Assembly (NCBI RefSeq): GCF_046119375.1
Contig: NW_027362772.1
Location: forward strand, 75,764,001 to 75,828,000
Source of the DNA: Phyllobates terribilis
Lineage: Eukaryota
Direction of reading: 5' to 3'
DNA length: 64,000 nt
The notes under the pieces are model-generated. The model had not been told where the DNA came from and ran no database searches. It saw only the letters and a program-made list of their open reading frames with translations. The translations under genes were made by a program, and so were the position numbers. This document shows positions 9,600 through 21,619 of this stretch, piece by piece; position 1 is the first letter of the stretch, and each line of letters begins with the position of its first letter.

Positions 9600-12500
9600 A
9601 TGGTTTCCATCCAGGATTTGGCTCAACGCCTGCAGGAATTGTCTCTGGAGGTGGCCGAACTTCAGCAACACGTGAGTAGCTGTTCTGGAGCGCATTTTGT
9701 GGAACCCAAGGTAGGACTGCCTGATGTTTTTTATGGTAAACAGCAAGATTTTTTTTCCTTTAAAAATGCTTGTTTGTTATATTTTCGTTTGAGACCAAGG
9801 TCCTCTAGGAATGAATCACAGCGCATTGGTTTTATTATGTCACTTTTGCGCAATGAACCACAGGGGTGGGCCTTTTCTCTCCAGCCTCATGATGTGTTTT
9901 TAACGTCTGTTGAAGATTTTTTTTCTGCTATGGGGCTATTATATGACGATCCTGATAGAATCTTATCTGCTGAGGCAGAACTCAGGCATTTGAATCAGGG
10001 GTCAGGTGATATTGAAAATTATTGCACACACTTCAGGAGATGGGCCTCAGAAGTTAAATGGAATGATCCTGCGCTGAAATGTTTATTTCTTGCTGATCTG
10101 AGTGAAAGGGTTAAGGATCTGCTAATTGCATTCCCTGTACCTGAGACTCTGCTGGATGCCATGCAATTAGCTGTTTGTGTGGACAGGAGGCTGAGGTGCA
10201 AGCTGAATGAGGTAAAGACTCCTGTAATGTCAGTACCTAGTCGCCAGAAAATCTGCTCAGATGGCGGAGAACCGATGGAGGTTGGGACGATGTCACTCCA
10301 CTCTCAGGAAAGAGACCGGAGGTTCGCCGAGGGATTGTGTCTTTATTGTGGTAAAGCTGACCATTTGATTAAGTATTGTGAGCTTCGTTTAAGTAAAGAA
10401 AAAAAAAAGGTCAGTTACGCCCATATAGCTTGTTTACGCTCTGCAGGAGTATTTCTTTCTGGGAGTACTACTTTGCAGGGAGATTTGATTGAATTGCAGG
10501 TATTTGTGGATTGTGGTTCAACACTTAATGTGATTGATAAAGGGTTTTTGGAAAACCTTAAATTGAAATCCAAACCTTTGTCATCACCTATTTCTGTGAT
10601 TGCAATTGATAACACTCCCTTGAAATGTATTACTCACAAGGTTGCTGCATTTCCTCTCACTATCAATGGAGTTCACCAAGAAATTTTGGACTTGGTTGTA
10701 TTAGATAATTTACCCTCTCCGGTTGTTCTAGAACTGCCTTGGTTAAAACTGCACAATCCTTTATTGGACTGGTCTACTAATGTGATTAAGTCTTGGAGTC
10801 CGAAGTGCTATGATAAATGTTGTAATGGTCACATTTCGGCTGTGGAAAAAGGGGAATTACCTGTACCTATTCAAGATTTTTGGAGGGTTTTTTCAGAGGA
10901 GAAGTCGCAAGTTTTACCTCCTCATAGGGATTATGATTGCGCCATCGAGTTTGTTCCGGGAGCTACTCTTCCCAAGAGTTGCTTGTTTAATCTGACCATC
11001 CCTGAAAGAAAGGCCTTGGAGGAGTACATACAGACTAGCTTGGCTGCTGGTCACATTAGACCTTCTAAGTCGCCTGTGGCAGTTGGATTTTTCTTTGTTA
11101 AAAAAAATGACGGGGGTTTACGTCCATGTCTGGATTTTCGTGAAATTAATAAGATTACTGTACGCAATTCCTACCCATTGCCGTTAATTCCTGACTTGTT
11201 TAACCAGTTAGTGGGGGCAAAGTGGTTCTCTGAAATTGATCTCGGGGGGCATACAATTTGTTACGAGTGAAGGAGGGTGATGAATGGAAAACTGCTTTTA
11301 CGTCATTTTGAGAATCTGGTGATGCCTTTTGGTCTTACCAATGCACCTGCATTTTTTCAGAACCTTATTAATGACATCTTGAGACCTTTGATTGGTAAGA
11401 ATGTGGTTGTGTATTTGGATGACATTTTGATTTATTCACCAGATCTAGAGTCCCATTGGCAAAGTGTACGTGAAGTTTTGCAGTTATTGAGTGATAATTC
11501 ACTCTTTGGTAAGCTGGAGAAATGTGAGTTCGCAGTGCAGAAGATACATTTTTTGGGCTACATTGTCTCCAGCGAGGGCTTTGAGATGGACCCTGTGAAT
11601 GTTCAGGCTGTGCAGGAATGGCCTAGGCCTATGGGTTTGAAATCTATACAGAGATTTTTGAGTTTTGCCAATTATTACAGGAAATTCATTAAGAATTTTT
11701 CTGTAATTGTTAAACCTCTAACCGATCTCACCAGGAAAGGTGCGAATACGGCCCAGTGGACTACTGAGGCCATTGAAGCGTTTGAGTATCTCAAAGAGAG
11801 GTTCAGTTCTGCCCCTATCCTTATGCAGCCTGATGAGACCAAGCCTTTTTTTGGTCGAGGTCGATGCTTCATCGGTGGGGGTCGGAGCAGCTTTGTCTCA
11901 GGAGAACAAGGGTGGAATACATCCTTGTGCCTTCTTTTCGAAAAAAAATTCGGAAACCGAACTGAATTATGATGTTAGAAATCGGGAGTTGCTGGCTATT
12001 AAACTCGCGTTTGAACATTAGCGGAATTTTTTGGAAGGCGCTAGATTTCCTATTCAGGTTTTCACAGATCATAAGAATTTGATCTATCTGGATGCTGCCA
12101 AGTGCTTGAATGCCGGTCAAGCTAGGTGGGCACTTTTTTTTCTCGGTTTCATTTTTCTGTCACCTATATCCCTGGTACTAAGAATGTTAAAGCCGATGCT
12201 TTATCTCGCAGCTTCTCTCCTACGGTCAGTGCCGAGGAGGAGGAGAACATTTTACAGAAAGGAGTTGTGGTGGCAGCATTGGACTCCGATTTGGAGAATG
12301 GGATACTGAAAGCTCAAGATGATGCTCCATCTAACACTCCCCATGGGAGGTTGTTCGTGCCTAGAGCCTTTAGGAGAGATTTTTTTGTGGAGCATCATGA
12401 GTCTCGGTTGGCAGGTCATCCAGGAATTTCGGAGACTAAGAGACCTATCAGTCGCAGTTTTTGGTGGCCGGGATGGCAGAGGGAGGTCATCAAGTGGGTG

Positions 12501-12742
12501 CGTCAGTGTACTATATGATCTAGGTCAAAGGCTTCACATACTCCTGCTGCGGGGTTGCTTTGCCCTCTGGAGGTTCCCAGTGCGCCTTGGACGCATTTCA
12601 CAATGGATTTTATTACTGATCTTCCTGTGTCTGAGGGTTTTTCTGTCATCTGGGTGGTCGTAGACCGTTTTAGTAAGATGTGTCATTTGGTTCCATTCAT
12701 TAAGTTGCCCTGCGCCAAGACACTCGCTAAGGCTTTTGTTAA
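9600..12742 (+). pseudogene. gag-protease-RT-RNase H-integrase N-terminal half of element B (frameshifts and stops)
   Basis: Gag; CLYCGKADHLIKYC knuckle; VFVDCGS protease; FFFVKKNDGGLRPCLDF; YLDDILIYS; [14 protein letters not shown]...TDHKNL RNase H; HHESRLAGHPG integrase Zn finger; MDFITDLP...VVVDRFSKM. Confidence 0.92.
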
Positions 12743-13299
12743 CCACTTCGCGCCAGAGCCTGTTTTTGCCTTCGTGACCGGGCCAATTTTTTCAATTCTG
12801 ACCACTGTCACTTTATGAGGTAATTACTCTGGAACGCTTCAACGAATCCCCCTGATTCTGAGATTGTTTTTTTGTGACATATTGTACTTCATGATAGTGG
12901 TAAAATTTCTTCGATATCACTTGCGTTTATTTGTGAAAAAATCAGAAATTTGGCGAAAATTTTGAAAATTTTGCAATTTTCAAACTTTGAATTTTCATGC
13001 CCTTTAATCAGAGAGATATATCACACAAAATAGTTAATGAATAACATTTCCCACATGTCTACTTCACATCAGCACAATTTTGGAACCAAAATTTTTTTCT
13101 GTTAGGAAGCTATAAGGGTTAAAAGTTGACCAGCGATTTCTCATTTTTACAACAAAATTTACAAAAACATTTTTTTAGGGACCACATCTTATTTGAAGTG
13201 ACTTTGAGGAGCCTTTATGACAGAAAATACCCAAAAGTGATACCATTCTAAAAACTGCACCCCTCAAGGTGCTCAAAACCACATTCAAGAAGTTTATTA

Positions 13300-14430
13300 A
13301 CCCTTCAGGTGCTTCACAGGAATTTTTGGAATGTGGAAGAAAACAATGAACATTTAACTTTTTTTCACAAAACTGCTACTTTAGCCTCAAATTTTTAATT
13401 TTCACAAGGGCAGCCAGAAAAAATGGACCCCAAAATGTGTTGTGCAATTTCTCCTGAGCACGCTGATACCCCATATGTGGTGCAAAGCCACTGTTTGGGC
13501 GCACGGCATGGCTCGGAAGGTAAGGAGCGCCATTTGACTTTTGGAATGGAAATTTGACTGGAATCGATAGCGGACGCCATGTTGCATTTGGAGAACCCCT
13601 GAGGTGCCTAAACAGAGGAAACCCCCAACAAGTCACCCCATTTTGGAAACTAGACCCCTCAAGGAACTTATCTAGATGTGTGGTGAGCACCTTGAACCCC
13701 CAGGGGCTTCACACAATTTTATAATGTTGAAGGGTGAAAATAAAAAAACATATTTTTATCACAAAACTGCTACTTTAGCCTCAAATTTTTAATTTTCACA
13801 AGGGCAGCCAGAAAAAATGGACCCCAAAATGTGTTGTGCAATTTCTCCTGAGCACGCTGATACCCCATATGTGGTGCAAAGCCACTGTTTGGGCACACGG
13901 CATGGCTCGGAAGGTAAGGAGCGCCATTTAACTTTTGGAATGGAAATTTGACTGGAATCGATAGCGGACGCCATGTTGCATTTGGAGAGCCCCTGAGGTG
14001 CCTAAACAGAGGAAACCCCCAACAAGTCACGGCATTTTGGAAACTAGACCCCTCAAGGAACTTATCTAGATGTGTGGTGAGCACCTTGAACCCCCAGGGG
14101 CTTCACACAATTTTATAATGTTGAAGGGTGAAAATAAAAAAACACATTTTTATCACAAAACTGCTACTTTAGCCTCAAATTTTTAATTTTCACAAGGGCA
14201 GCCAGAAAAAATGGACCCCAAAATGTGTTGTGCAATTTCTCCTGAGCACGCTGATACCCCATATGTGGTGCAAAGCCACTGTTTGGGCGCACGGCATGGC
14301 TCGGAAGGTAAAGAGCGCCATTTGACTTTTGGAATGGAAATTTGACTGGAATGGATAGCGGACGCCATGTTGCATTTGGAGAGCCCCTGAGGTGCCTAAA
14401 CAGAGGAAACCCACAACAAGTGACCGAATT
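13300..14430. repeat. ~394-bp direct tandem repeat (~2.9 copies) in the piggyBac 3' region
   Basis: Near-identical blocks at 13376, 13770 and 14164. The unit contains the same module as the ~187-bp arms at 1925-3540. Confidence 0.9.
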
Positions 14431-14483
14431 TTAGAATCTACTCCTCTGTATAAATTAATCTAGTGGTGGGAAAATAAGTAGGT

Positions 14484-14669
14484 AAATGGTCACTAAACCC
14501 ATAGATGAATTCCCACAGAGGTGTCATTTCCAGAATGGGGTCACTTCAGGGGGGATTATGCTGTTCTGGCACTTTTCAGAGTACCAGAGCTAAAGAATCC
14601 CCCCTGAAGTGACCCCATTTTGGAAATGACACCCCTCTGGGAATTCATCTATGGGTTTAGTGACCATTT
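14484..14669. repeat. long inverted repeat (74-bp arms, 38-bp loop) downstream of the piggyBac transposase stop
   Basis: Arms 14484-14557 and 14596-14669 are reverse complements with about 3 mismatches. Confidence 0.85.
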
Positions 14670-14821
14670 TAACTCGATGGATGATTTCCAGAAACAAGCA
14701 CGCAATGGAAGGTTTAGATTCTGGAGAACCCCCCCTGGAAATTAAGTGAGCTCTACTCGAATATGTCATTCACTAAATGAACCAAATGTTTGAATGACAA
14801 ATTGGGATACATTTTTACAGT

Positions 14822-16639
14822 TTAAAAACGTGGTTCTGTGTGGTAGATTTTAAAGCAGTCAGTGACGCATAATGCTGGCAATGATGGGCATTGTGGGCAA
14901 TAGTAGCGGGTATCACACCTCATTCCTCTCTTAGTACATACATGACATCTTTTCTGGGGGTTCCTTCTTGTTTCCGTTGCTGGAATAAGTGCAATAAAAT
15001 GTCGTTCAGTGAGTCTTTTCACATCCTCAGATTCTAATGGATAGGCGGGGCTAACACTTTGAAAGACAAGATTTTCAATTACCTTTTCTTGATAATCAAG
15101 AAAAGGATCTGAATTTCCTGCTTTTTTGTACAACACAAAAGAATTGTATGTGGCCACCTGAAACAAATAGATAACCAACTTTTTATACCAGGTATAGGAC
15201 TTTCTTGATACCTGGTATGGCTGTAGAACCTGGTCTGCAAGGTCCACACCCCCCATGTGTTTGTTGTAGTCAATGACTGACACAGGTTTTTGCTTCGGAG
15301 TGGTGGATCCTAGTTCTACAGTGGCCCTTGTGGCATCTGTGTGGATCGAGCTGAGGACAAAAATATCCCTCTTATCCCTATATTTCAGGGCAAGCAGCTC
15401 TCCGTTGCGTACAGCCCCTGACTGCCCCTTTTGGAACTTTTGGTTGACCAATGGTTGTGGAAACCCCTGACGGTTTTTACGGATGGTCCCACAAGCCCCG
15501 ATGTTGTGTTCAACCAGACTTTTAAATAGGGGTATGCTGGTGTAATAATTGTCCACATATAGATTGTAGCCTTTTTGAAAAAATGGACTTATCAGCTCCC
15601 AAACAATTTTTGCAGATGTCCCCAGATAAGTAGGGCATCCTGGTGGGTTTAGTTGGCTATCTTTCCCCTCATATATGCGGAAAGCGGATGTGTATCCGGT
15701 TGAACTTTCGCACATTTTATAGATCTTTATTCCAAACCTTGCCCTTTTAGATGGGATAAATTGCTTGAGGTGCAGTCTTCCTTTGAATTTTACAAGGGAC
15801 TCATCTATAGAAATATTTTGTGTTGGGGTGTAGAGGCTTAAGAATTTTTCTGACAAATTTTCAATGATGGGTCTAATTTTATATAACCTGTCATGTTCTG
15901 GGGCATTTCTGGGCAGGCATTGACTATTGTCGTTAAAATGCCAAAACCGCATGAGCATTTCATAACGGGTCCTAGGCAGAATGACTGAAAACATAGGGGT
16001 GGCTTGAACAGGGTGGTTGGACCAGTAGGATCGAATGCTCGGTTTTTTAACAAGCCCCATGGCAAATGTAAGTCCTAAAATTTTTTTTATTTCCGGGACA
16101 TTAGTTGGTGTCCATAAATTTGCCCTAGCATAGTAAGATCGGGGATTCTGGCTTATGAATTGGGATGCATATAAATTTGTTTGCACGACAATATGCTCTA
16201 GCAAGCTGTCTGTAAAAAACAAATTAAAAAAATGAATTGGTCCAAAATCTTCCACCTCCACATTTATACCAGGAGTGGCGTTGAAATCAGGGCTGAATGG
16301 AGCAGCCGAATCCGAAGCCTCACATCTGGGAAATGCTAGATCATGTGGCAAAGCCCCTTGTACACTGGCGTGCGCCAATTCACTAGTAGCAGGGACAGCG
16401 CTTGTACTGGGCAGTGTTCCCTGATTTGGAGACGTTTCTCCAGTAGCGCTATTTGCCACTATTGTTGTACTGGTCCTTGGGCTTGAGGATGGACCAGAAT
16501 CACTGCTCATTTCTGAGCTCTCAGTGTCGCCGCTACTAAAGCCCTCAAAATCCACATCTCCATCTGAGATTGCGCTGTCATCAGTGTCAGAACACAGCAG
16601 GGCATACACCTCCTCTGCGGTATAAGTCTGACGGGCCAT
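14822..16639 (-). CDS. piggyBac (PGBD4-like) DDD transposase, 605 aa, uninterrupted
   Basis: Acidic/Ser-rich N-terminus; ISIDESL, LYVDNYYTS and GGVDLADQ catalytic motifs; C-terminal Cys-rich domain RCHVC...YYCPQC...LCVTDCFKIYH. Confidence 0.95.
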   Translation of the reverse strand: MARQTYTAEEVYALLCSDTDDSAISDGDVDFEGFSSGDTESSEMSSDSGPSSSPRTSTTIVANSATGETSPNQGTLPSTSAVPATSELAHASVQGALPHDLAFPRCEASDSAAPFSPDFNATPGINVEVEDFGPIHFFNLFFTDSLLEHIVVQTNLYASQFISQNPRSYYARANLWTPTNVPEIKKILGLTFAMGLVKKPSIRSYWSNHPVQATPMFSVILPRTRYEMLMRFWHFNDNSQCLPRNAPEHDRLYKIRPIIENLSEKFLSLYTPTQNISIDESLVKFKGRLHLKQFIPSKRARFGIKIYKMCESSTGYTSAFRIYEGKDSQLNPPGCPTYLGTSAKIVWELISPFFQKGYNLYVDNYYTSIPLFKSLVEHNIGACGTIRKNRQGFPQPLVNQKFQKGQSGAVRNGELLALKYRDKRDIFVLSSIHTDATRATVELGSTTPKQKPVSVIDYNKHMGGVDLADQVLQPYQVSRKSYTWYKKLVIYLFQVATYNSFVLYKKAGNSDPFLDYQEKVIENLVFQSVSPAYPLESEDVKRLTERHFIALIPATETRRNPQKRCHVCTKRGMRCDTRYYCPQCPSLPALCVTDCFKIYHTEPRF

Positions 16640-16669
16640 TTTATTTTTAGATTTTTTGACTGGACTTAA

Positions 16670-17110
16670 CGGACCGGACTGAACGGACGGGACTGATCTG
16701 ACAGGACTGACTGACCTGACAGGACTGACTGATCTGACAGGACTGACTGACTGATCTGACAGGACTGACTGACTGACAGATCTGACAGGACTGACTGACT
16801 GGACTGATCTGACAGGACTGACTGACTGGACTGATCTGACAGGACTGACAGATCTGACAGGACTGACTGACTGACAGGACTGACTGACTGACAGATCTGA
16901 CAGGACTGACTGACTGACAGATCTGACAGGACTGACTGACTGACAGATCTGACAGGACTGACTGATCTGACAGGACTGACTGACTGATCTGACAGGACTG
17001 ACTGACTGATAGATCTGACAGGACTGACTGACTGATCTGACAGGACTGACTGACTGATAGATCTGACAGGACTGACTGACTGACAGATCTGGCAGGACTG
17101 ATCTGACAGA
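16670..17110. repeat. compound GACT/GACA/GATC microsatellite upstream of the piggyBac ATG
   Basis: Repeating GACAGGACTGACTGACTGATCT-type motifs. Confidence 0.95.
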
Positions 17111-17695
17111 CTCACTAACCCTAACTCTTACTTTCTTTTTTATTTTATTTTTTTTACTTTCACAGTGGCAAGGCTGACACAGCTCTTGTCACACTGTTTC
17201 TCCTCTGCTCTCTCACTGAGATCGGAGGAGAAACAGTGTATTTATCAGGCAGATCACCCGGGAAAGTTTGTTGCTAAAACAAACTTCCCTGGTGATCTCT
17301 CTGATTGGCTGGTGTGACGCTGACATCATCGAGACCTGAGCCAATCAGGTCTCAATGATGTCAGAGGTCACAGCACCGGGATCCCCGCCGCTCCTGAGGT
17401 ATGTGGGGGGTCCCGATCGCCGACCACCAGCTGTTACTATCTTTTAAATGCCGCGATCGCTATGGATCGCGGCATCTAGAAGATAGGAACAGGTTAACAT
17501 CATGGGGACCTGATCCATTCAGGTCCCCATGATGCCACATGTCAGAGCTATCGCTCTGAACCGGTACCGCAGCGCTAGCAGGACCCTGGGGGTCCTGAGC
17601 GCTGCGGGACCACCCACCATTTTTAAACGTCGGCGCTGCACAGAGCCCAGGCAGCGCCGACGTTTATGTACAGTGGGCGGTCCTGAACCGGTTAA

Positions 17696-18620
17696 GGAGA
17701 TTGTCAAGCTCCATGGCGTTCCCACGGATATTGTTTCTGATAGAGGACCTCAGTTTGTGGCTCGCTTTTGGCGTGCTTTTTGTGACAGGTTGGGAGTCCA
17801 TTTGTCATTTTCCTCTGGTTATCATCCTGAGTCTAATGGACAGACTGAAAGAAAGAAACAGGATGTTGAACAGTTTTTGCGTTGTTTTGTGTCAGACAAT
17901 CAAGAGGTGTGGTCTGAGTTTCTGCCTCTCGCAGAATTTGCTCTTAACAATCTTACATCCTCCTCTGCTGGGTGTTCTCCTTTTTTTTGTTGTACTGGGA
18001 GACATCCGTCTTTTGGTTTGTTCTCCAAATTGGAGTCAGCGGTGGCGGAGGAGAAGAATTTTTCAGGTGATTTGGAGAGAGTTTGGACTAATGTATGTTG
18101 CAACCTTCAAGAGGCTAACAAGAAGTCCAAGAAGTATTTTGACAGGAAACGTAAGGAGGTTTTGTTTACTGTGGGTGACATGGTTTGGTTGTCCTCAAAG
18201 AACCTGCGGTTGAGGATTCCCTCTAAAAAACTGGGTCCTAAGTTTGTGGGTCCATTTAAAGTGCTTCAGGTTGTTAACCCGTCTGCTGTTAGGTTGGATG
18301 TCCCTACTTCCTGGAAGATTAATCCTGTGTTTCATGTTTCCTTGTTGAAAAAGGCTGATGTATCTGATAGGGACGCCACTGTCACAGTTCCTCCTGTGGT
18401 GGAAGACAGCGAATTTGAAATTTCTCATATCTTGAATTCTAGATGGCATACAGGGAGATTATAGTATCTCGTCTCCTGGAAGGGTTTCGGTCCCGAAGAC
18501 AACTCCTGGGTAAGAACGGATGATGTCTCTGCTCCTAGGCTTGTTAAAGCTTTCCACAAGAGGTTTCCGGATAGGCCTGGGCCTGGAGGATCCGGAGGAT
18601 CCTCACAAAAGAGGGGGTAC
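17696..18620 (+). pseudogene. integrase C-terminal half and chromodomain of element B
   Basis: EIVKLHGVPTDIVSDRGPQF...YHPESNGQTER...KLGPKFVGPF...NPVFHVSLLK...EFEISHILNSRW...[15 protein letters not shown]. Rejoins TLAKAFV|KEIVKLHG across the piggyBac TTAA. Confidence 0.92.
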
Positions 18621-19056
18621 TGTTAGAACCCTCCTGTTTGTTTTTTCCATCTTGTGTTTTGCGGTCACGTGACCATCTGCCTTTATATTCCAGCTCCACC
18701 CTTTTGGCTGTGCTGGACTTCAGTGTTTGACTGTTTCTCTAGCTAGGGGCTTCTGTGCCTTTCTCTGTCAGTTCGCTTGGTCCTTCTGGGACCTCTAGTA
18801 CCTTTTTGTCAGTTTGTCTTTTTGTGTTCTGCAACAACTACTCTGTTTAGGAGGTGTCCCATTTTTTGTCCCAGTCCTTAGTTCTTTTAGGGACTCCTCC
18901 CTTCATGCCATAGGTCTTCGTTCAGACTAGCCGAGGACTAAGGCGGATCTGTTCGCTAGGAACAGGCAGTCCGCTACATCGTAGGGATTCAGCTTAGTCT
19001 TACTGTAGGGACAGCTTTCCCCTATCTTTCCTTAATTCATGTTGCAGATCATAACA
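18621..19056 (+). repeat. 3' LTR of element B
   Basis: Second LTR copy, preceded by the polypurine tract and followed by TSD GGAAC. Confidence 0.95.
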
Positions 19057-19176
19057 GGAACCTCTCCATGACGTCTTCAGCTTCTTTCTCCCCCAGCTCA
19101 TTCATTTTTGCATTAATGGCTGCGAACAGTTGTCTGTGGTTGGGGGCTTTAGAAATCTGTTCTTCTGACATCTTTA

Positions 19177-20772
19177 CAGTGGGTACGGAAAGTATTCAGA
19201 CCCCTTTACATTTTTCACTCTTTGTTTCATTGCAGCCATCTGGTAAATTCTAAAAAGTTCATTTTTTTCTCATAAAAGTACACTCTGCGCCCCTTCTTGA
19301 CTGAAAAAAAAACAAATGTAGAAATTTTTGCAAATTTATTAAAAAAGAAAAACTGAAATATCACATGGTCATAAGTATTCAGACCCTTTGCTCAGTATTG
19401 AGGAGAAGCACCTTTTTCAGCTAGTACAGCCATGAGTCTTCTTTCACACCTGGATTTGGGGATCCTCTGCCATTCTTCCTTGCAGATTCTCTCCAGTTCC
19501 ATCAGGTTGGATAGTGAACGTTGGTGGACAGCCATTTTCAGGTCTCTCCAGAGATGCTTAATTGGGTTTAGGTCAGGGCTCTGGCTGGGTCAGTCAAGAA
19601 TGGTCACAGAGTTATTCTGAAGCCACTCCTTTGTTATTTTAGCTGTGTGCTTAGGGTCATTGTCTTATTGGAAGGTGAACCTTCGGCCAAGTCTGAGGTC
19701 CAGAGCACTTTGGAAGAGATTTTCATCCAGGATATCTCTGTACTTGGCCGCATTCATGTTTCCTTCAATTGCAACCAGTCGTCCTGTCCCTGCAGCTGAA
19801 AAACACCCCCATAGCATGATGCTGCCACCACCATGTTTCACTGTTGAAATTGTATTGGGCAGGTGCTGAGCAGTGCCTTGTTTTCTCCACACATACCGCT
19901 TAGAATTATCACCAAAAAGTTCTATCTTCGTCTCATCAGACCAGAGAATCTTATTTCTCATAGTTTATGAGTCCTTCCTGTGTTTTTGAGCAAACTCTAT
20001 GCGGGCTTTCATATGTCTTGCACTGATGAGAAACTTCCATCAGGCCACCTGACTGGTGGAGGGCTGCAGTGATAGTTGACTTTGTGGAACTTTCTCCCAT
20101 TTCCCTACTGCATCTCTGGAGCTCAGCCACAGTGATCTTGGGGTTCTTCTTTACCTCTCTCACCAAGGCTCTTTTTCCACGATTGCTCAGTGTGGCTGGA
20201 CGGCCAGGTCTAGGAAGACTTCTGGAGGTCCCAAACTTCTTCCATTTAAGGATTATGGAGGCCACTGTGCTCTTAGGAACCTTGAGTACTGCAGAAATTC
20301 TTTTGTAACCTTGGCCAGATCTGTGCCTTGCCACAATTCTGATTCTGAGCTCCTTGGGCAGTTCCTTTGAGCTCATGATTCTCATTTGGTCTGACATGCA
20401 CTGTGAGCTGTGAGGTCTTATATAGACAGGTGTGTGCCTTTCCAAATCAAGTCCTATCAGTTTAATTAAACACAGCTGGACTCCAATGAAGGAGTAGAAC
20501 CATCTCAAGGAGGATCACAAGGAAATGGACAGCATGTGACTTAAATATGAGTGTTTGAGCAAAGGGTCTGAATACTTATGACCATGTGATATTTCAGTTT
20601 TTCTTTTTTAATAAATTTGCAAAAATTTCTACATTTCTTTTTTTTCAGTCAAGATGGGGTGCAGAGTTTACTTTAATGAGAAAAAAATGAACTTTTTAGA
20701 ATTTACCAAATGGCTGCAATGAAACTAAGAATGAAACATTTAAAGGGGTCTGAATACTTTCCGTACCCACTG
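19177..20772 (-). mobile_element. Tc1 transposon, IR/DR type with ~217-bp TIRs (Passport-related clade), defective
   Basis: TA TSD at 19175-76 and 20773-74. TIR CAGTGGGTACGGAAAGTATTCAGACCC with inner repeat AGTATTCAGACCC. Confidence 0.93.
19392..20376 (-). pseudogene. Tc1 DD34E transposase pseudogene
   Basis: MSSKELPKELRIRIV...[13 protein letters not shown]...FQ*DNDPKH...D*PSQSPDLNPIKHLW. 34 residues between D and the (mutated) E; frameshift, two stops and E>K. Confidence 0.9.
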
Positions 20773-20831
20773 TATATGTGCTTCTACTGTTCTCAATTCT
20801 TCACAGGTTAGCTGAAGAAGCAGCTCACTAA

Positions 20832-21455
20832 AGCCCCCGTCTCACATAGCGATATCGCTAGCGATATCGCTGCTGAGTCACGGTTTTGGTGACTCACCAG
20901 CGACCTCACCAGCGATGTCGCTGTGTGTGACACTTTGCAACGATCAGGCCCCTGCTGTGAGGTCGCTGATCGTTGCAAAGTGTCCTGGACCATTTTTTGG
21001 TCGTTGGCCTCCCGCTGGCCAGCACACATCGCTGTGTGTGACCAGCGGGACCAACGATCTGGCTGGTAACTATGGTAAACATCGGGTTACTAGGGGCACG
21101 TGCGCACTTAGTAACCCGCTGTTTACCATGGATACCACTCTGCTACGGTGCGCAGAGGCTCCCGCGCACCGTAGCAGAGTGGTATCCATGGTAAACAGCG
21201 GATTACTAGGGGCACACGCGCACTTAGTAACCCGATGTTTACCATAGTTACCAGCCTGCTCCTGCTTGCAGCAGGCTGGTAACGGGAGCAGGACATCGTG
21301 GAACGATTCTTTCCACGATATCGCTGCTCCCCTGATCGCTGGTGAGCCTGCCTGTTTGACAGCTCACCAGCTATGTATTAGCGATGCAGCAACGATCCCT
21401 GACAGGTCGTATCGTTGTCGGGATCGCTGCTGCATCGCTTAGTGTGACGGGGCCC
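20832..21455. mobile_element. PIF/Harbinger-type MITE
   Basis: TAA TSD (20829-31, 21456-58). Imperfect TIRs AGCCCCCGTCTCACATAGCGAT / GGGCCCCGTCACACTAAGCGAT. Internal long hairpin at ~21121-21197. Confidence 0.85.
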
Positions 21456-21619
21456 TAATTCTATCCATTTGTATTTCCACATCCATTGCTGCTAGTGAGT
21501 TTTCTTTAGGGCTGGTCCCCTTTAACTGGTGTAGAAGAGTTGAATTGAGGTGTTGTGCTACTGTGTTTTTCCAGACACTTTTCCTCTTCTCCCTCTACAT
21601 GCTAATTCCCGCTCAGGAC

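Larger units (their letters stand above)
12743..17691 (-). mobile_element. piggyBac DNA transposon (4949 bp) with intact transposase ORF
   Basis: TTAA duplicated at 12739-12742 and 17692-17695. CC...GG termini. Removing it restores the integrase reading frame of element B. Confidence 0.95.
9117..19056 (+). mobile_element. full-length Ty3/Gypsy chromovirus of the Tf1/sushi group (element B), interrupted by a piggyBac
   Basis: 436-bp LTRs (TGTTAG...TAACA) at 9117-9552 and 18621-19056. Perfect 5-bp TSD GGAAC (9112-9116, 19057-19061). PPT AAAAGAGGGGG at 18607-18617. gag-pro-RT-RH-INT-chromodomain. Confidence 0.95.

Noticed and set aside
9600-11270. Domesticated PEG10/RTL-type gene
   Set aside because: Flanked by paired LTRs with TSD and PPT, and pol has frameshifts and stops.
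14822-16639. Domesticated host gene PGBD4
   Set aside because: The ORF lies inside a TTAA-flanked element that interrupts a retrotransposon integrase, so it is a transposon copy.
16666-17115. 149-aa Ser/Gln/Val-rich ORF
   Set aside because: Translation of the GACT/GACA microsatellite.
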